From an uncultured Gemmatimonadales bacterium (GTDB lineage: Bacteria > Gemmatimonadota > Gemmatimonadetes > Longimicrobiales > RSA9), in contig CAWCRS010000003.1 in the NCBI GenBank assembly GCA_963798085.1, forward strand, positions 512,001-576,000: DNA of 64,000 bases, given 5' to 3'. Positions 1-10,515 of this stretch are shown in pieces. The translations under genes were made by a program, and so were the position numbers. Each line of letters starts with the position of its first letter. Position 1 is the stretch's first letter. The notes beneath the pieces were generated by a model. That model was not told the DNA's origin. It did not search any database and saw only the letters and a program-made list of their open reading frames with translations.

Positions 1-542
1 GCCGCCTGTGGCACCTCGAACCGCTGCGCCGCTACCTGTTGGCAGCCGGCTGGGCAACCAACCGCATCCTTGCACTCGAGTTCCACGACACCTTCGGCAG
101 CAATCTGGATCACGCGGATGAGATCGCCCTTGCGGTTGCGCTACTGCGCGAGCGCACGGGCAGCCGCTTCGTCGATATCGTCGCTCACTCCATGGGAGGA
201 CTTGCCACACGCTGGTACCTGGGCAACGACCCGACCGCACCCGTCCGCCGGGTCATCTACCTTGCGACGCCACACGCCGGCACCTGGCTCGCACACGCAG
301 CGGGCGGCCCTGGCGCCATCGAGATGCGACCCGGCAGCGAATTCCTCCGGCAGCTCCAACGACTCCCCTCCCATGCCACAGTACGCTCCTTCACCATCCG
401 CACGGCCCTCGAAACCCATGTCTTCCCCTGGCGCAGTGCCCTGCTGCCCGGTGCGACCGACCACCGTGTACCCTTCGCCATGCACGCCGTGATGCCCATG
501 AGCCTCAGCGTCTGCCGCTCCATCCGCAGGCTCCTTCTTTGA
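1..542 (+). CDS. alpha/beta-hydrolase (lipase/esterase, PGAP1/lipase_2-like), 5'-truncated by the window edge
   Basis: The frame is open from position 3. Nucleophile elbow VAHSMGG and downstream LATPHAGT motif. Confidence 0.85.
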   Translation, partial: RLWHLEPLRRYLLAAGWATNRILALEFHDTFGSNLDHADEIALAVALLRERTGSRFVDIVAHSMGGLATRWYLGNDPTAPVRRVIYLATPHAGTWLAHAAGGPGAIEMRPGSEFLRQLQRLPSHATVRSFTIRTALETHVFPWRSALLPGATDHRVPFAMHAVMPMSLSVCRSIRRLLL

Positions 543-693
543 CAACGTCACCGCGGAAGCGGAGGATGGCGCCGGGCACAGCAGCAATCCGGGATTGGAA
601 GAATCGCGTTGGCAACGATTAAATTCTGGGCGTGAACGGCGAACTTATATTGGAAGTACTATAGTGTTCGGCAAAATAATCGGCAGACAAATG

Positions 694-916
694 GCAGGGT
701 TCTGGATCACGCGCTGGGAAGCATGCCGCAATCGGACAAAATCGAGTGAGAACAGAGAAACACTCCCGCGGTTCTCCGGAATTCATGATTTCCTTTGCGA
801 CTTGAGGGTGCGATGGCGCGGATGCAGCCCGATTCCCGGAATATGGATTCCCTGGCCGGTGCTGTTCTGTTGATCACTCTGATGGAGTCAAAGCTGGGCG
901 GAATCCAGAATCCTGC
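694..916 (+). ncRNA. candidate rod-like structured RNA or degenerate long inverted repeat
   Basis: Nested complementary segments 694-707/903-916, 744-749/874-879, 751-756/866-871 and 775-779/836-840 in an AT-richer gap between convergent genes. TATAGT at 660-665. Confidence 0.25.
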
Positions 917-995
917 ATTCCTGAAAGTCGCGCCATGACACACGCAACAGAGTCGTATCCCTCCGAGAGGCCGCAGCATACTCCGCCCTCGTCGG

Positions 996-1976
996 TTATG
1001 GAGTCGAATAGAAGTTGCGCGGCCAGGCGTGGGATTTGAGCTTGAGTCGAACACTGGCATCGAGCGGGCCGAGGTCCGACGCTCTTGCGTTGGCGGCGAC
1101 GTGCTCGGGGTTGACGGACCCGACAATGACCGTGGAGACGGCCGGATGGGAAAGACAGAAGCGCAATGCGCCCTGCGCCAGCGACTGGCCTCCACCTTCG
1201 AGCAGCGGGCGAAGGCGCTCGACGTGGCGTACTGTCTCCGCCAGCCGGTCGCCCTTGAAATAACTCCGCCGCATGTCTGATTCGGCAAACGCGGTATCCG
1301 GCCGGAATCGGCCCCCCAGCGACCCTTCATCCAGCGGGACTCGCGCGATTACGCCCACGTCGTGCTGCTGGGCAGCAGCGAACAGCTCGTTCTCGGGCGA
1401 CTGGTCAAACACGTTGTAGATCACCTGCACTGTATCCACAAGGCCGGACTGCACTGCTGCGACCCCGTTTTGCGGCTCGTGATCGTTTATTGAAATACCC
1501 ACTGCTCGGACCAGTCCTTCCTCTTTCAGCGCAGCCAGTGCCTCGCTCCATTCCGGATCGGTGGTCCACTCATCGCGCCAGACGTGCAGTTGCAGAAGGT
1601 CGATCGGCTCGCTGCCGAGGTTCTCGAAGCTGCGCGCCGCACATTCGCGGATCCAGTCAGCCGGAAACACCTCACGCAGCGACACACCCGGTTCGGCCGG
1701 CCATTTCCAGTTCATGGGGGGGATCTTTGTGGCGATGCGAAGGCGGTCGCGCTCGCCGGACTCTCGGATTACCTGCCCGACCAGTTGCTCGGATCGGCCG
1801 TAGCCGTAGGCGAGGGCCGTATCGAAGAAGTCGATTCCCGAGTCGAGCGCGGCCTCGATCGCGGCCCTGGCGGCCGCTTCGCCAACGTCGCCCCACATGG
1901 TGCCGCCGATCTGCCAGGCGCCGTAGCCGACCTCTGAAACACGCCAGCCCGTGCGCCCGAGTCGCCTGTTCAGCAA
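996..1976 (-). CDS. aldo/keto reductase
   Basis: N-terminal RRLGRTG..VSEVGYGAW, FFDTALAYG (catalytic D/Y), IATK, IDLLQLH. Confidence 0.92.
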   Translation of the reverse strand: MLNRRLGRTGWRVSEVGYGAWQIGGTMWGDVGEAAARAAIEAALDSGIDFFDTALAYGYGRSEQLVGQVIRESGERDRLRIATKIPPMNWKWPAEPGVSLREVFPADWIRECAARSFENLGSEPIDLLQLHVWRDEWTTDPEWSEALAALKEEGLVRAVGISINDHEPQNGVAAVQSGLVDTVQVIYNVFDQSPENELFAAAQQHDVGVIARVPLDEGSLGGRFRPDTAFAESDMRRSYFKGDRLAETVRHVERLRPLLEGGGQSLAQGALRFCLSHPAVSTVIVGSVNPEHVAANARASDLGPLDASVRLKLKSHAWPRNFYSTP

Positions 1977-2158
1977 TGTCCGGTCTCCTGTCGCCCGTTG
2001 GATCCGCAGTCTGCATTATCGAGGACGCGCGGGAACGCTGCAACTGACCGCCGGTTCCTGCTGCTCGACTCCGCTACGCATCCCGTCTATCTTGTGGCCT
2101 CGCGGCGGGACTGAGGCATGCTCCCGCGACAATCGCAGCCTCGAACCCGGGCTAACGC

Positions 2159-2587
2159 ATGCAGGTCAAGCTCGCCCTCCTGGCGGACTACGCCAACGTT
2201 ACCGCTGAAGGCAAGCTGAACATCCTCGGCATCTTCGATCGCATCTCCGTCCAGGACCTGCCGGCGGTTCATCCGCAAATGCATCTGATCCTGCGTCTGG
2301 AGGCACATGCCGCCGAGCGCAGCCGCACCCATGATATCGAGATCCGCCTCTATGATCCGGATGGTGACACCGTGTTCGAGGTGAAGGGGGACATGGTTCC
2401 CCACGGGCCCGCCAGCATGGCCACAGCCACCAACCAGATCCTGACCCTGAACAACCTGCAGCTCACCAAGGCGGGCGCCTACATGTTCGTGGTTTTCGTG
2501 AATGACGATCTCAAGGCGGAGCTACCTCTGGCTGTCGAGCTGAACGCCAGCATGGCGCCTCCGCGCGGCAGCCAGGCGCCGAACTGA
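2159..2587 (+). CDS. conserved hypothetical beta-sandwich protein (DUF6941-like)
   Basis: LLADYA...GKLNILGIFD N-terminal signature; host-like codon usage. Confidence 0.7.
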   Translation: MQVKLALLADYANVTAEGKLNILGIFDRISVQDLPAVHPQMHLILRLEAHAAERSRTHDIEIRLYDPDGDTVFEVKGDMVPHGPASMATATNQILTLNNLQLTKAGAYMFVVFVNDDLKAELPLAVELNASMAPPRGSQAPN

Positions 2588-2655
2588 CTGTTAGGACGAT
2601 TTTCGGCGGCAGGTCCGGCGTTCCGGCGCCCGGGCCGAACCCGGAGGAGCGGCGA

Positions 2656-3966
2656 ATGATCACGAGGCCCGGCGTTATTGTCCTCGCCCTCATGGCGAAC
2701 GCGGCGACGGCGCGCGCGCAGAGCGTCCGCTGTGATGCGCGGGCGAACCGCTATTGCACGGAAGTCGCCGGCATCACCGCACGTCGCGAGGTGCAACGCG
2801 CTGTGCGGTTCGTCGAGGAAGACGACGCCCGCACCGTCGCTGACCTCCGGCGGCTGACCGAGATCGCCTCGCCGCCCTTCGGCGAGCAGGCGCGTGGCCG
2901 CGCGTACGCGGAACTCTTGCGGCAGGCGGGCGCGGATTCCGTCTGGACCGACTCTGTGGGCAACGTGCTCGCGCTGCGGCGCGGCCGGACTGGCGGGCGG
3001 ACCCTGGTGCTCTCCGGCCATCTCGACACGGTATTCCCCGAGGGCACGGACGTGCATATCAAGGAGCACGGCGACACGCTGTACGCACCTGGTGTCGGTG
3101 ATGACACGCGTGGCCTGGTCGCTGTGCTCGGTGTGCTGCGGGCGCTGGAAGCCGCCGGCGTCGAGACGCGCAATGACGTGCTCTTCGTGGGCACAGTTGG
3201 CGAAGAGGGCCTGGGCGACCTGCGCGGTGTGAAGCATCTCTTCCGCGACGGTGGCCCCCGCATTGATGCGTTCATCTCGATCGACGGCAGTGGCGATGGC
3301 CGCATTGTGCACCGCGCGCTGGGCTCGCACCGCTACCGCGTCGAGTTCGATGGCCCGGGAGGACACTCCTGGGGCGCGTTCGGCACAGCCAGCCCCATCC
3401 ACGCCATGGGCCGCGCCATCGCGCTTTTCGATGATGCCGCCGCCGTCTTTACGTCTAGCGGACCCCGCACCAGCTATAACGTGGGCCGCATTGGCGGCGG
3501 TACCTCGGTGAACGCTGTGGCCTTCCAGGGCTGGATGGAAGTCGACATGCGCTCCGAAAGTCCGCGCAGCCTGATGGCCATCGACTCCATCCTGCACGCT
3601 TCCGTGCAGAAAGCGCTGGAGGAGGAAAACGCCGGTCGCAAGCGCGGCGATGCACTGACCGTGAAGCTGGAGCTGGTTGGGGACCGGCCGTCGGGTGAAA
3701 TCGACCCGGGTGTTCCATTCGTTCAGCGTGCACAGGCCGTAACACGCCAGTTAGGTCTGGAGCCGGAGCTCGAGATCAGCTCCACGGATTCCAACATCGC
3801 GATATCGAAGGGCATCCCCGCCATCACCATCGGCAGCGGCGGCAAAGCCGGAAATGCCCATGCGCCGGAGGAATGGTGGCTGAATGACAAGGGACCGCGT
3901 GGCATTCAGCGCGCGCTCCTGATCGTGCTCGCGGAAGCGGGGCTGGCGGGACCGGCAACCGACTGA
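2656..3966 (+). CDS. secreted M20/M25/M40 metallopeptidase
   Basis: Signal peptide; metal-ligand motifs GHLDTV, GVGDD, GEEGLG, GGHSW, NAH; RBS GGAGG upstream. Confidence 0.9.
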   Translation: MITRPGVIVLALMANAATARAQSVRCDARANRYCTEVAGITARREVQRAVRFVEEDDARTVADLRRLTEIASPPFGEQARGRAYAELLRQAGADSVWTDSVGNVLALRRGRTGGRTLVLSGHLDTVFPEGTDVHIKEHGDTLYAPGVGDDTRGLVAVLGVLRALEAAGVETRNDVLFVGTVGEEGLGDLRGVKHLFRDGGPRIDAFISIDGSGDGRIVHRALGSHRYRVEFDGPGGHSWGAFGTASPIHAMGRAIALFDDAAAVFTSSGPRTSYNVGRIGGGTSVNAVAFQGWMEVDMRSESPRSLMAIDSILHASVQKALEEENAGRKRGDALTVKLELVGDRPSGEIDPGVPFVQRAQAVTRQLGLEPELEISSTDSNIAISKGIPAITIGSGGKAGNAHAPEEWWLNDKGPRGIQRALLIVLAEAGLAGPATD

Positions 3967-3976
3967 GTGCGCTTCC

Positions 3977-5476
3977 TCAAGCAGACGCCAGGTCTTTGCG
4001 CACGCCCTCGGCAGCCCTGTCAGCCAGCGCCATGACTGTCAGGTAGGGATTGATCTGGAGCGCGTCGGGGAACAGGCTGGAATCGGCGACGCGCAGCCAG
4101 GGCACGCCATGCACACGACCCCATGCGTCGGTCACAGAATCCGACGCGTCGCGTCCCATGCCACAACCACCCATCAGATGCGCCGCTGAAACGGTTGTCG
4201 TCCCAGGCAGGAAGCGCCGCCCATCAATTCGCCTGTCCAGTTCCGCTGCTTCGGCTGCTTCGATGGTGTGCGGCCCCGCGGTGGGCGCGTGTACGCGCAC
4301 GGCACCCGCCGCAAAGAAAATCCTCGCCGCGGCACGTGTGGCGCGCACCGTCGCTGCGATGACTTCGCGTGTGAAGCGGTAGTGCACCACGGGTCCACGG
4401 CGCGCATCCGTCGTTATGCGATTGCCGGGCGTCACCCTGTCGCACGCGAGCACGAGAATCATCTGGAGTCGCGGGAAGGCGTGCATGATATCGCTGTGCT
4501 GCTTGCCGAAGCCCGTGAGGTTCTTCGCCGTCGTGAATGGGAAATACATGCAGGTCTCGAGTACGAAGCCTTCCTCCGCAGCCCGGTCCACGAAGAAGCT
4601 CTTGGGATGTCCCACATCGTTGGTGATGGGCTGCGCGTGTTCGGCGACGAGGATGTGCGCGGGATGACACGTAAACCCGTGGCCCAACCGTGGTAGGCGC
4701 GCGCCAAGGCCGGAGCGCAGGAGCAATGCGCTCGAGCCCACCGCACCACCGGCCACCACGATGAAGCGCGCTTGCACGCGGTAGTCGCCTGGAGCCCACT
4801 CTGAGGCAGCGCCTTTCTGTCCGGGCAGCGCGGGGTGCACACGCACACGCACCGTTCTCTCCTCAATGCGCAAGGCTTCTGCTCGTGTCACCACCTCGAC
4901 GCCATCCCGCTCCGCTGCGGGCAGCTGCACGCGGTTGGTGCCCTGCTTCGCCGCATTGGGACAGCCCAGGTTGCACAGGCTGGAGCCGCGGCAGCCGCGC
5001 AGGTTGACGGGAAACTGCTCGCAAGAATAACCCGCCCGCTCACAGCCCTCGCGGAACAGCGTGTTATTCCGGTTCAGCTCCCTTTCGGGCAGCAGGTGCA
5101 CGTTGTTCTGCGCGCTGTACTTCTCGCTGCGGCGCGCGAGGTCGGCGTGCTCCAGGCCGGGCACATTCCAGGCATCGATCACACGCTTCGGCGCAGTCAG
5201 CGAAGTGCCTGTGTACACGACGGTCGATCCGCCGTACACGCGGCCGAACGCCAGCGTCATTGTGCCTTCAGCAGTGAGGAAGCCGCCGCCGTCCTCGTAC
5301 AGCACGGGCGCCATCTCCAGCTCGCGGCCCGTGAACTCGTGGTCCCCCAGGCGAGGCCCCTGCTCGAGCACGAGAACGCGCAGGCCATCACGCACCAGCG
5401 GGCCGAGCGCGGCAGCGACTGTCCCGCCACCGGCGCCCGATCCGACGATCACGACATCGTATGCGCGCTCAGTCAT
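3977..5476 (-). CDS. GMC-family FAD oxidoreductase
   Basis: VVIVGSGAGGG dinucleotide motif, CxGxxxCNLGCP, HLMGGCGMG, NPYLT. Start placed at MTERAYD. Confidence 0.9.
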   Translation of the reverse strand: MTERAYDVVIVGSGAGGGTVAAALGPLVRDGLRVLVLEQGPRLGDHEFTGRELEMAPVLYEDGGGFLTAEGTMTLAFGRVYGGSTVVYTGTSLTAPKRVIDAWNVPGLEHADLARRSEKYSAQNNVHLLPERELNRNNTLFREGCERAGYSCEQFPVNLRGCRGSSLCNLGCPNAAKQGTNRVQLPAAERDGVEVVTRAEALRIEERTVRVRVHPALPGQKGAASEWAPGDYRVQARFIVVAGGAVGSSALLLRSGLGARLPRLGHGFTCHPAHILVAEHAQPITNDVGHPKSFFVDRAAEEGFVLETCMYFPFTTAKNLTGFGKQHSDIMHAFPRLQMILVLACDRVTPGNRITTDARRGPVVHYRFTREVIAATVRATRAAARIFFAAGAVRVHAPTAGPHTIEAAEAAELDRRIDGRRFLPGTTTVSAAHLMGGCGMGRDASDSVTDAWGRVHGVPWLRVADSSLFPDALQINPYLTVMALADRAAEGVRKDLASA

Positions 5477-5936
5477 CGGGCGGGCTGGATTTCGCGCCGT
5501 TGCCACGCTCGTTCGATCGCCGTGCATCCCATCCGGCTGGCGTGGCGCGGTAACCGATCGCTTCGGCTGCGGCCGGCCGGGCATACCAGCCCATGAACAC
5601 GAGTGTTCGCAGACCCCAGAAGCCGCGCCGCAGCAGAGTCAGCGGCGCGCGCTCCAGTGCCTCGAGAAACGCCACCCTCTTTGCTTCAGGGAGTCCAGCG
5701 AAGCGACTGCCGTAGCGCAGGCAGGGCAGGAAGTCAATGACGCGCAGGAACAGGGCGAGCTGACTGCGGAGCTTCTGCGGCCTGGCGGCGATCGCACTGT
5801 AAACGATGCGCTCGAATTCCAGCCAGTCGTCCTCGGCAGCGGAGCTCGCATCGGGAACAACCACGAGCGCGACTGCACGCAGCGTACGCCGGTGCAGCGT
5901 CACGAGATCAGGCTGGACGCGGGTGGAGGTGATCAC
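5469..5936 (-). CDS. small partner subunit of the GMC enzyme (gluconate 2-dehydrogenase subunit 3-like)
   Basis: RFxxLxxxxRxxFL..LRTLVFMGWY...IGY pattern; overlaps the GMC start. Start codon uncertain. Confidence 0.65.
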   Translation of the reverse strand: MITSTRVQPDLVTLHRRTLRAVALVVVPDASSAAEDDWLEFERIVYSAIAARPQKLRSQLALFLRVIDFLPCLRYGSRFAGLPEAKRVAFLEALERAPLTLLRRGFWGLRTLVFMGWYARPAAAEAIGYRATPAGWDARRSNERGNGAKSSPPDD

Positions 5937-5961
5937 AGCCTGATCATAGCACCAGAAAATG

Positions 5962-5993
5962 GAAAGGGCCCCACCTTGCGGTGGAGCCCTTTC
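5962..5993 (-). terminator. intrinsic terminator of the Ig-like lipoprotein gene
   Basis: On the minus strand GAAAGGGCTCCACC-GCAA-GGTGGGGCCCTTTC followed by CATTTTC. Confidence 0.75.
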
Positions 5994-6021
5994 GTGCTCT
6001 TCCCAAACTACCGGGAGAGGA

Positions 6022-8914
6022 TCAGGTGGCTGCGATCGCCACGTTGACGAAGCCGCCCGCTGTGGCCGCCGTCGGGAACGCCGCGAAGGCGCCGCCCGCC
6101 GTCGACGCAACGGCCGAACCGTTGCTGAATACGCCCACCGCCACCACAGGAACCGTGTTGATCAGGTTGGCGCCGGACGAATCGAGAATGCCGGTCACTG
6201 TCCACGTCGCGGAGTACGTCCACGTACGGGTCGAAGTGATCGTGTTGTCCGAAGCGGATGCCGTGCCCGTGCCGATGAAGTACCAGCGGCCGTTCGCGGG
6301 ATCCTGGTAGTAGAACTCGACGCGCACGAACGGATTCGCGAACGTTGCGTTCGGACCGCGTCATCGTGGCGCTGAGAACGGTGCTCGCCGGGTTCACCGT
6401 GCACTGTGCGGCTGTACCGCGGCAAACCGTGGCATTCGACGGCGCAAGCTGCAGGAAATTGCCGTGCGCCACATTGACCGGCGCGAAGATCGCGTCATTG
6501 GGTGCAACTGTCAGCGACGGGACCGGTCCGCTCGTCGCAAACTCGACGGCCGGATTGATGCCCAGGGTCGCTGTCGTCAGGTTCGTCGCGACGTCACGGA
6601 CGTCGAAGCGGACCGTGGTGGCTTCCTGGACGGCCGCATTGGCCCGACCGGTCGCCAGCGTGCCTTCAATGGCCCGCATGAACGACGGCGTCGTGTAGCT
6701 GCCCGTCGTCGTGCTGACCAGACCATCCGCCACGCCGTACGCGCCCAGTGTGACCTTCGGCGACGAGAACGTGGGGAAGGCACCATAATCGAGCGACGGC
6801 GTGATGCTGCCGAGGTCGACGTTGTCCGACAGGCCCGCGGTCCACGTGGCGCTGGCGCCACCGGGCAGTGAGGACGGACCCGAGATACCACCGACCACGG
6901 GGACCGTCACATCGATCAGGGTGATACGGGAGATCGTCGGCGTGGCCGGCGGGCATGCGCCCGAACTGGCCTGACCGCTGCAGTTCAGCGCCTGATCCAG
7001 CACGTAGGCGTTGAGCTCCCAGTAGCCTTCCTGCGCGGGATCGACGAGGGCGATGCCATCATCAGCGCGGTAGTTGACTGCACCCGTGCTCGTGAGGCAT
7101 GCCACCGTGCCCAGCGGCAGGTTGAACGGCTGGTCGTAGCATGTAGCGCCCGCGGGCAGCGTCTTCTTGAGCTGAGCGAACACGGGGTTAGCCGTGAAGC
7201 CCGAGGGGCCGACACCACCATCCGAGTAGCTGACCGTCCACGTCGCCGCGGGCGATGCCGGAATGGCGGGGTTCGTCGAGTTGTTGGCAACGCCCGCGAC
7301 CGTCGCGGTCGGCGCCGTGCGATCTTCACCAAACAGCTGCGCGCCCGTTGCCGAGGTCAGCGGCGTTGCCGCCACCGGACCTGCGAACACCGTGCGTGAA
7401 TTGGCGAGTTTGTCTGCCACTGTCGCCGAGGAAATGTAGGTCTGCGACGTGACCGACTCGGCCAGGTCGTTACCCGTGGTGACCGGGATCAGGCTTCCCG
7501 CAGGACCGGCCTGGAATGCCGCGGTGCAGCCCGTACCCGTGCCGCAGGTAGAACCCGCCGGACCGCTCACGCCGATGTCCTGATAGGTGAAGAACCCGGC
7601 GCGCGGAGCGAATGCGAACGCGCCATTGACGTAGCAGCCGCCCGGATTCAGGCAGCCCAGCGTGGCAGGCGTGAGGTCGAACAGCGTCACCACCGGCGCC
7701 ACGTTGTCCTCATTGAGCGGATTCTGGAGCAGCACCGCACCTCCACCCACCGCGCAGTTCAGGTTGAGCGGCGACGGTGTGGCGTTGGTGACGATGCAGT
7801 TCGGTCCCGGCTGCCCGCCCACGGTAACCGAGTTGACAGCGAACGAGACGCCCGGCCACTCCCAGGCGGCAATGCTCGAGGCACTCGGGGTCGACGCCTT
7901 CTGCAGCGTGAGCTGGAAGGGCGCCGTGGCATCCTGGATCGTCTTGTTCGTGTTGGCAGCACCGGTCAGGGTCATGCTGGCTATGTCGTCATTGGTGTCG
8001 CCGGAGAAGCTGACGCCGACCGCATCAAAGACGATGTCGCCCGTGCACCAGAGATTGCCGAGACCCGCCACCAGCTGTCCGGTGGTGCAGGACGAGCCGC
8101 TGGGGCCGGACCGGTTCACGAAGATGAACGGCACGTTGTTCAGCACGATCTGCTTGCTGGTCGTGGCCGTGATGGTGCCCTGCGTGCCGACCACCTGTGC
8201 GGTGATCGTCGTCGGGCCATTCTTGTACTTGCCCTGACGCGTGCCCACCGTAGCCGGCAGCGTGCGGTCGAAGTCGCCGGTGTTCCAGCTGGCGACCAGC
8301 AGGTCCGACGCTTCCGCCTCATCTGCCGAGCCCAGCTCGGGGCTGGTGAATGTCTGGGAGTAGATTTCCGTGTTGTTCGCCAGGACCTTGACGGCCGAGA
8401 TCTTTGCGCCCGTGGGCACAGTGAGATTCAGCTGGATCTCGATCTGGCCAAACACGTTGTTTTCATTCACCGGAACGTTGGTCGCACCAAACGTGATCGC
8501 CGAGATGTTGATCGTCGGCGGCAGCGTCGTGGTGGCCGGTGTTACGGTAACGGAGACGGAACCCTTGACGTTCGCGTCGGCCGTTGCCGCTGCTGTGATC
8601 GTGCTCACGCCTGCGGACACGCCCGTCACCGTGACGACGTTGCCGTTGGCGGCGATGGTGGCGACGGCCGTGTTGGACGACGTCCACGTGACCGTGTGCG
8701 CCGCGGTGCTGTCACCGCCGGTGACCGAAGCCACGACCTGACCGGTCTGACCGACCGCCAGCGTGAGCCCGTTCACCGGGGAAACCGTCACCTGGAGCGC
8801 AGGCGGCGGATTCGGTGGAATGACGACCGACGTCTTGTCCGAGCACGCCGCCATCCCACCCAGCACCGCCATACCGAGCGCGAGCCTGAGAAAGGCTGAC
8901 CTTTGTGTCTTCAT
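6022..8914 (-). CDS. large Ig-like (Big_2) surface lipoprotein, S-layer-like, about 963 aa, with one frameshift near 6359
   Basis: Lipobox GGMAAC; Big_2 motif VTWTSSNTAVAT; T/G/A/V/N-rich beta-type sequence. The true C-terminus continues in the 6022..6327 frame (..ATMT-GPNATFANPFVRVEFYY..) once one extra base is removed. Confidence 0.8.
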
Positions 8915-9144
8915 GCGATTCCTCCCTTACGGGGTGAAATGTACGGAACTCCGAAACCGCCAGCGGCTGTCTGCTTCCTGACTCGATCGTCGAGCGCGTC
9001 GTCGTGCTGTGGAAGACGCAGCGTCGGGCCCGAGGGTACCGGAGGATCGAATCGGGCGATCCAACCCCGGGTCCGCGATTCACGAGTGATTCAGCAGCAA
9101 TTGCCGCGTGGGCTCGCCCGGACATCGAACGAGCCGAGCGGGGC

Positions 9145-9173
9145 AAAATACGTTTGGCCCTTTTCGGGGTCAA
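9145..9173 (-). promoter_or_regulatory. sigma70-type promoter for the lipoprotein gene
   Basis: Minus strand TTGACC-N17-TATTTT. Confidence 0.55.
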
Positions 9174-9247
9174 GCGAATTCTCCACCCGCCTGCCAGACA
9201 GCCAAGTGTACGGGGAGGACACCTCTGCCTGATCCTGCGGCGGCGTC

Positions 9248-9276
9248 AAGATGCTCGCCAGCCTCTGCAAAGTCAA
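9248..9276 (-). promoter_or_regulatory. second, upstream sigma70-like promoter
   Basis: Minus strand TTGACT-N17-CATCTT. Confidence 0.4.
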
Positions 9277-9501
9277 GCAACGCGTGCGTGGCCCGCGCGT
9301 ACCTGCACGCCCACGCGAGCCACCGGCCTGCCGGCTTCCTGTTGTCCGACGCGTAAGAGTCTGTCCCTGACCCCGCCTGCCAGTGCGATCGGCGAGAGCC
9401 CTGCCACCGCAATTCGAGTATCGGCCGTGCGGCGGGCGGGCTTTACGCGACCGAACGACACCCCCGCACCGCGTTTCCGGCGGGTGCCCCGGCCGGCCTG
9501 G

Positions 9502-10437
9502 TCAGATGCGCGTAACCTGCGTCACAGCAAGAGCTTCTTGAAACGCGGCTGGGGTGAGCATGGCGCTGCCCGGAGCCACCAGCGCAGCGCTGCCGCAGGC
9601 CGTCGCCCGACGCAGCGCCTCCGCTTCGCCCACACCCATTTCGAGAGCGATCAGCAAACCGGCGAGGAAGGCATCGCCGGCGCCAACCGCAGAGCCCTCC
9701 TGCGCAGGCCCACTGGCATGCCAGACGCCGGCGCGCGTCGCCAGCACGGCGCCTCGCGCACCGAGCGTAATCGCCGCCATCGGACAGGGCAGTGCGAGCA
9801 GCTCGACGGCCGCGGCGGCGGCGGACGTGGCGTCGTCGCCTGCAACGTGCCCGAGAAGCCGCGTGGCCTCGTGCTGATTGGGGACAAGCAGGTCGCAGCC
9901 GGCTGCCGCTGCGAGACGGAGCGCATCGCCGTCACAATCGGGAACGAAGCGAGCGCCTGCCGCACGTGCCGCAGCGCCTGCGCGGGCGTAGAAATCCGCG
10001 GGGAAACCGGGTGGCAGGCTGCCGCATGCAGCCACCCAGCGGCGGGGCCGCTCTCGCAGGAGTTCAGCGAGTGCGCGCAGCAGCTGGTCGGCTTCGGCGG
10101 CAGTGCGGTCCGGACCGGGGCTGTTGAGCAGAAGCGCGCGGCGGGCTTCCCGCTCTCGAACGGCCACGAAAAGCCGTGTCGGCAAGGCAGCCGGAACAGC
10201 GCGCAGCGGCGTGCCTTCTTCCTGCAGGATCACCCGCAGTTCGTAGCCGGTGGCGCCGCCCAGCAGTGCCAGCGCGGTAACGTCCGCGCCGAGGACGTGT
10301 GCCGTACGCGCCACGTTGATACCCTGGCCGCCGGGCCGGCGCCGAGGCTCGGCGATGCGGTTGGCATCATCCCACAGGAGGCGCCCGGCCTCATAGAGCA
10401 GATCGAGCGAGGGATTGGGCGTGACCGTGACGATCAT
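9502..10437 (-). CDS. PfkB family 1-phosphofructokinase-type hexose kinase
   Basis: MIVTVTPNPSLD, GGQGINVA, CGSLPPG, PNQHEA, AVGAGDAF. Confidence 0.9.
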   Translation of the reverse strand: MIVTVTPNPSLDLLYEAGRLLWDDANRIAEPRRRPGGQGINVARTAHVLGADVTALALLGGATGYELRVILQEEGTPLRAVPAALPTRLFVAVREREARRALLLNSPGPDRTAAEADQLLRALAELLRERPRRWVAACGSLPPGFPADFYARAGAAARAAGARFVPDCDGDALRLAAAAGCDLLVPNQHEATRLLGHVAGDDATSAAAAAVELLALPCPMAAITLGARGAVLATRAGVWHASGPAQEGSAVGAGDAFLAGLLIALEMGVGEAEALRRATACGSAALVAPGSAMLTPAAFQEALAVTQVTRI

Positions 10438-10515
10438 GGCCGGACGCAATGCGGCGGGGTGCATCCGGCCGCACCCCGCCGCTGCCGCAGCGTCAGCTGC
10501 ACGTTACCCTAACGA

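Noticed and set aside
595..873. 92-aa ORF in the first intergenic gap
   Set aside because: No RBS, atypical codon usage and no motif.
6345..6365. Possible programmed frameshift in the surface lipoprotein
   Set aside because: No slippery sequence or repeat tract; similar single indels occur in conserved genes such as sufB, so sequencing error is more likely.
9020..9100. GCTGAATC...GGACCCGGGG in the lipoprotein leader resembling a c-di-AMP (ydaO) riboswitch
   Set aside because: The conserved GGGGGA(A/C)CC and 3' CCGUCAGCUAAC elements are missing.
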